DNA of 64,000 nucleotides. It comes from Candidatus Parcubacteria bacterium (GTDB taxonomy: Bacteria > Patescibacteriota > Minisyncoccia > Sungbacterales > SURF-37). The stretch covers positions 41,221 through 105,220 of the forward strand of contig QZJO01000007.1 of the NCBI GenBank assembly GCA_003599755.1, in the 5' to 3' direction. The notes beneath the pieces are model-generated. The model had not been told where the DNA came from. It saw only the letters and a program-made list of their open reading frames with translations, and ran no database searches. Made by a program: the position numbers and the translations under genes. Below are positions 63,035 through 64,000 of this stretch, one piece after another. Within the stretch, counting starts at the first letter, position 1; each line of letters begins with the position of its first letter.

Positions 63035-64000
63035 ATGAAATTGAAACGACTCGTGCTTATCGATTCGCACGCGATCATTCATCGGGCGTTCCACGCGCTG
63101 CCGCCGCTTTCGGCACCGGACGGAACGCCGACGAACGCCGCCTACGGCTTCACGACCATCCTTTTGAAGATGCTCCGCGAGCTCAAGCCGGATTACGCGA
63201 TCGCGGCCTTCGATGCGGCCGGCCCGACGTTCCGCCATGTCGCGTTCGAGCGCTACAAGGCCACGCGGGCCAAAGCTCCCGATGCGCTGTACCAGCAGAT
63301 TCCGGTCGTGAAGGAAATCACCGCGGCATTCGGCATCCCGGTCATCGAAAAGGCCGGATTCGAAGCCGATGACATTATCGGCACGATCGCGGCTGCCATG
63401 GCGAAAAAACATCCCAACATCGAAACGATCATCGTCACGGGCGATTTGGATACGCTGCAGCTGGTCGGGCCGCGCACCAAAGTATTTACCATGAAGAAAG
63501 GCATATCGGACACGGTGCTCTATGATGCGGCGGCCGTGCGCGAACGCTTCGGCCTCGATCCTGCCGCGCTCGTGGATTATAAGGCGCTGCGCGGGGACCC
63601 GTCGGACAATATTCCCGGCGTGCGCGGCATCGGCGAAAAAACTGCCGCCGCTCTGATCGCGCGCCACGGCTCGGTTGAAGAGCTCTATCGGGCGCTTAAA
63701 AAATCCAAGGAACCGATCGCCAAACCCGGCATCGTTGCCGCGCTGAAGACCCATGAGGCAGACGCATTATTTTCCAAGACACTCGCGACCATTAACGCCA
63801 AAGTTCCCATTAAATTCACGCTCGCCGCGGCAAAGATGCGTGCCGCGGATGAGGGCGGTATGCGCGCGTTGTTTTCGCGGCTCGGATTCGAAAGCTTGCT
63901 GCGGCGCCTGAACGGCGGAAACGCAAGCGCCAAGACCTCGGTTGCCGCTCCGACTCCGGGCGTGGATTTGGTCATCCGTGAAGCCGCGCGCATCGCCGAT
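63035..64000 (+). CDS. polA: DNA polymerase I, 5'-3' exonuclease part (3'-truncated by window edge)
   Basis: LIDSHAIIHRAFHALP, YKATR, FEADD, TGDLD, GDPSDNIPGVRGIGEKTA. Confidence 0.92.
   Translation, partial: MKLKRLVLIDSHAIIHRAFHALPPLSAPDGTPTNAAYGFTTILLKMLRELKPDYAIAAFDAAGPTFRHVAFERYKATRAKAPDALYQQIPVVKEITAAFGIPVIEKAGFEADDIIGTIAAAMAKKHPNIETIIVTGDLDTLQLVGPRTKVFTMKKGISDTVLYDAAAVRERFGLDPAALVDYKALRGDPSDNIPGVRGIGEKTAAALIARHGSVEELYRALKKSKEPIAKPGIVAALKTHEADALFSKTLATINAKVPIKFTLAAAKMRAADEGGMRALFSRLGFESLLRRLNGGNASAKTSVAAPTPGVDLVIREAARIAD

Noticed and set aside
1-64000. Alternative genetic code (UGA read as Gly or Trp)
   Set aside because: Conserved genes such as rpsO, pnp and dnaA end at TGA at their expected lengths, consistent with code 11.

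Overview
This is a GC-rich bacterial chromosome segment whose gene content points to Patescibacteria (CPR), probably Parcubacteria; that assignment is inferred. It spans the replication-origin region (jag-yidC-rnpA-rpmH, then dnaA-dnaN) and carries housekeeping genes: rpsA-like, gyrA, rpmG, rpsO, pnp, pcrA, rsmA, a class A PBP, tyrS, ruvC, yebC, ruvB, pilB, tsaE and the start of polA. It has six tRNAs and a dispersed T4SS-like set (five VirB2-like pilins, VirD4-, VirB4-, VirB6- and PrgI-like genes) with no visible relaxase. Most notable: (1) a PaaX/Cas2-like gene bracketed by two related 36-bp palindromes; (2) tRNA-Thr(GGU) split by a 200-nt group I intron; (3) short palindromic repeats inserted into each other and in-frame into proteins; (4) a decayed serine-recombinase island at tRNA-Gly containing a cassette with a perfect 67-bp inverted repeat; (5) two ~110-bp MITE-like elements; (6) a Pcm-MltG fusion; (7) an unnamed structured RNA behind a near-consensus promoter; (8) a 50%-acidic microprotein after ruvC. 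All calls are from reading motifs by eye; no searches were run.
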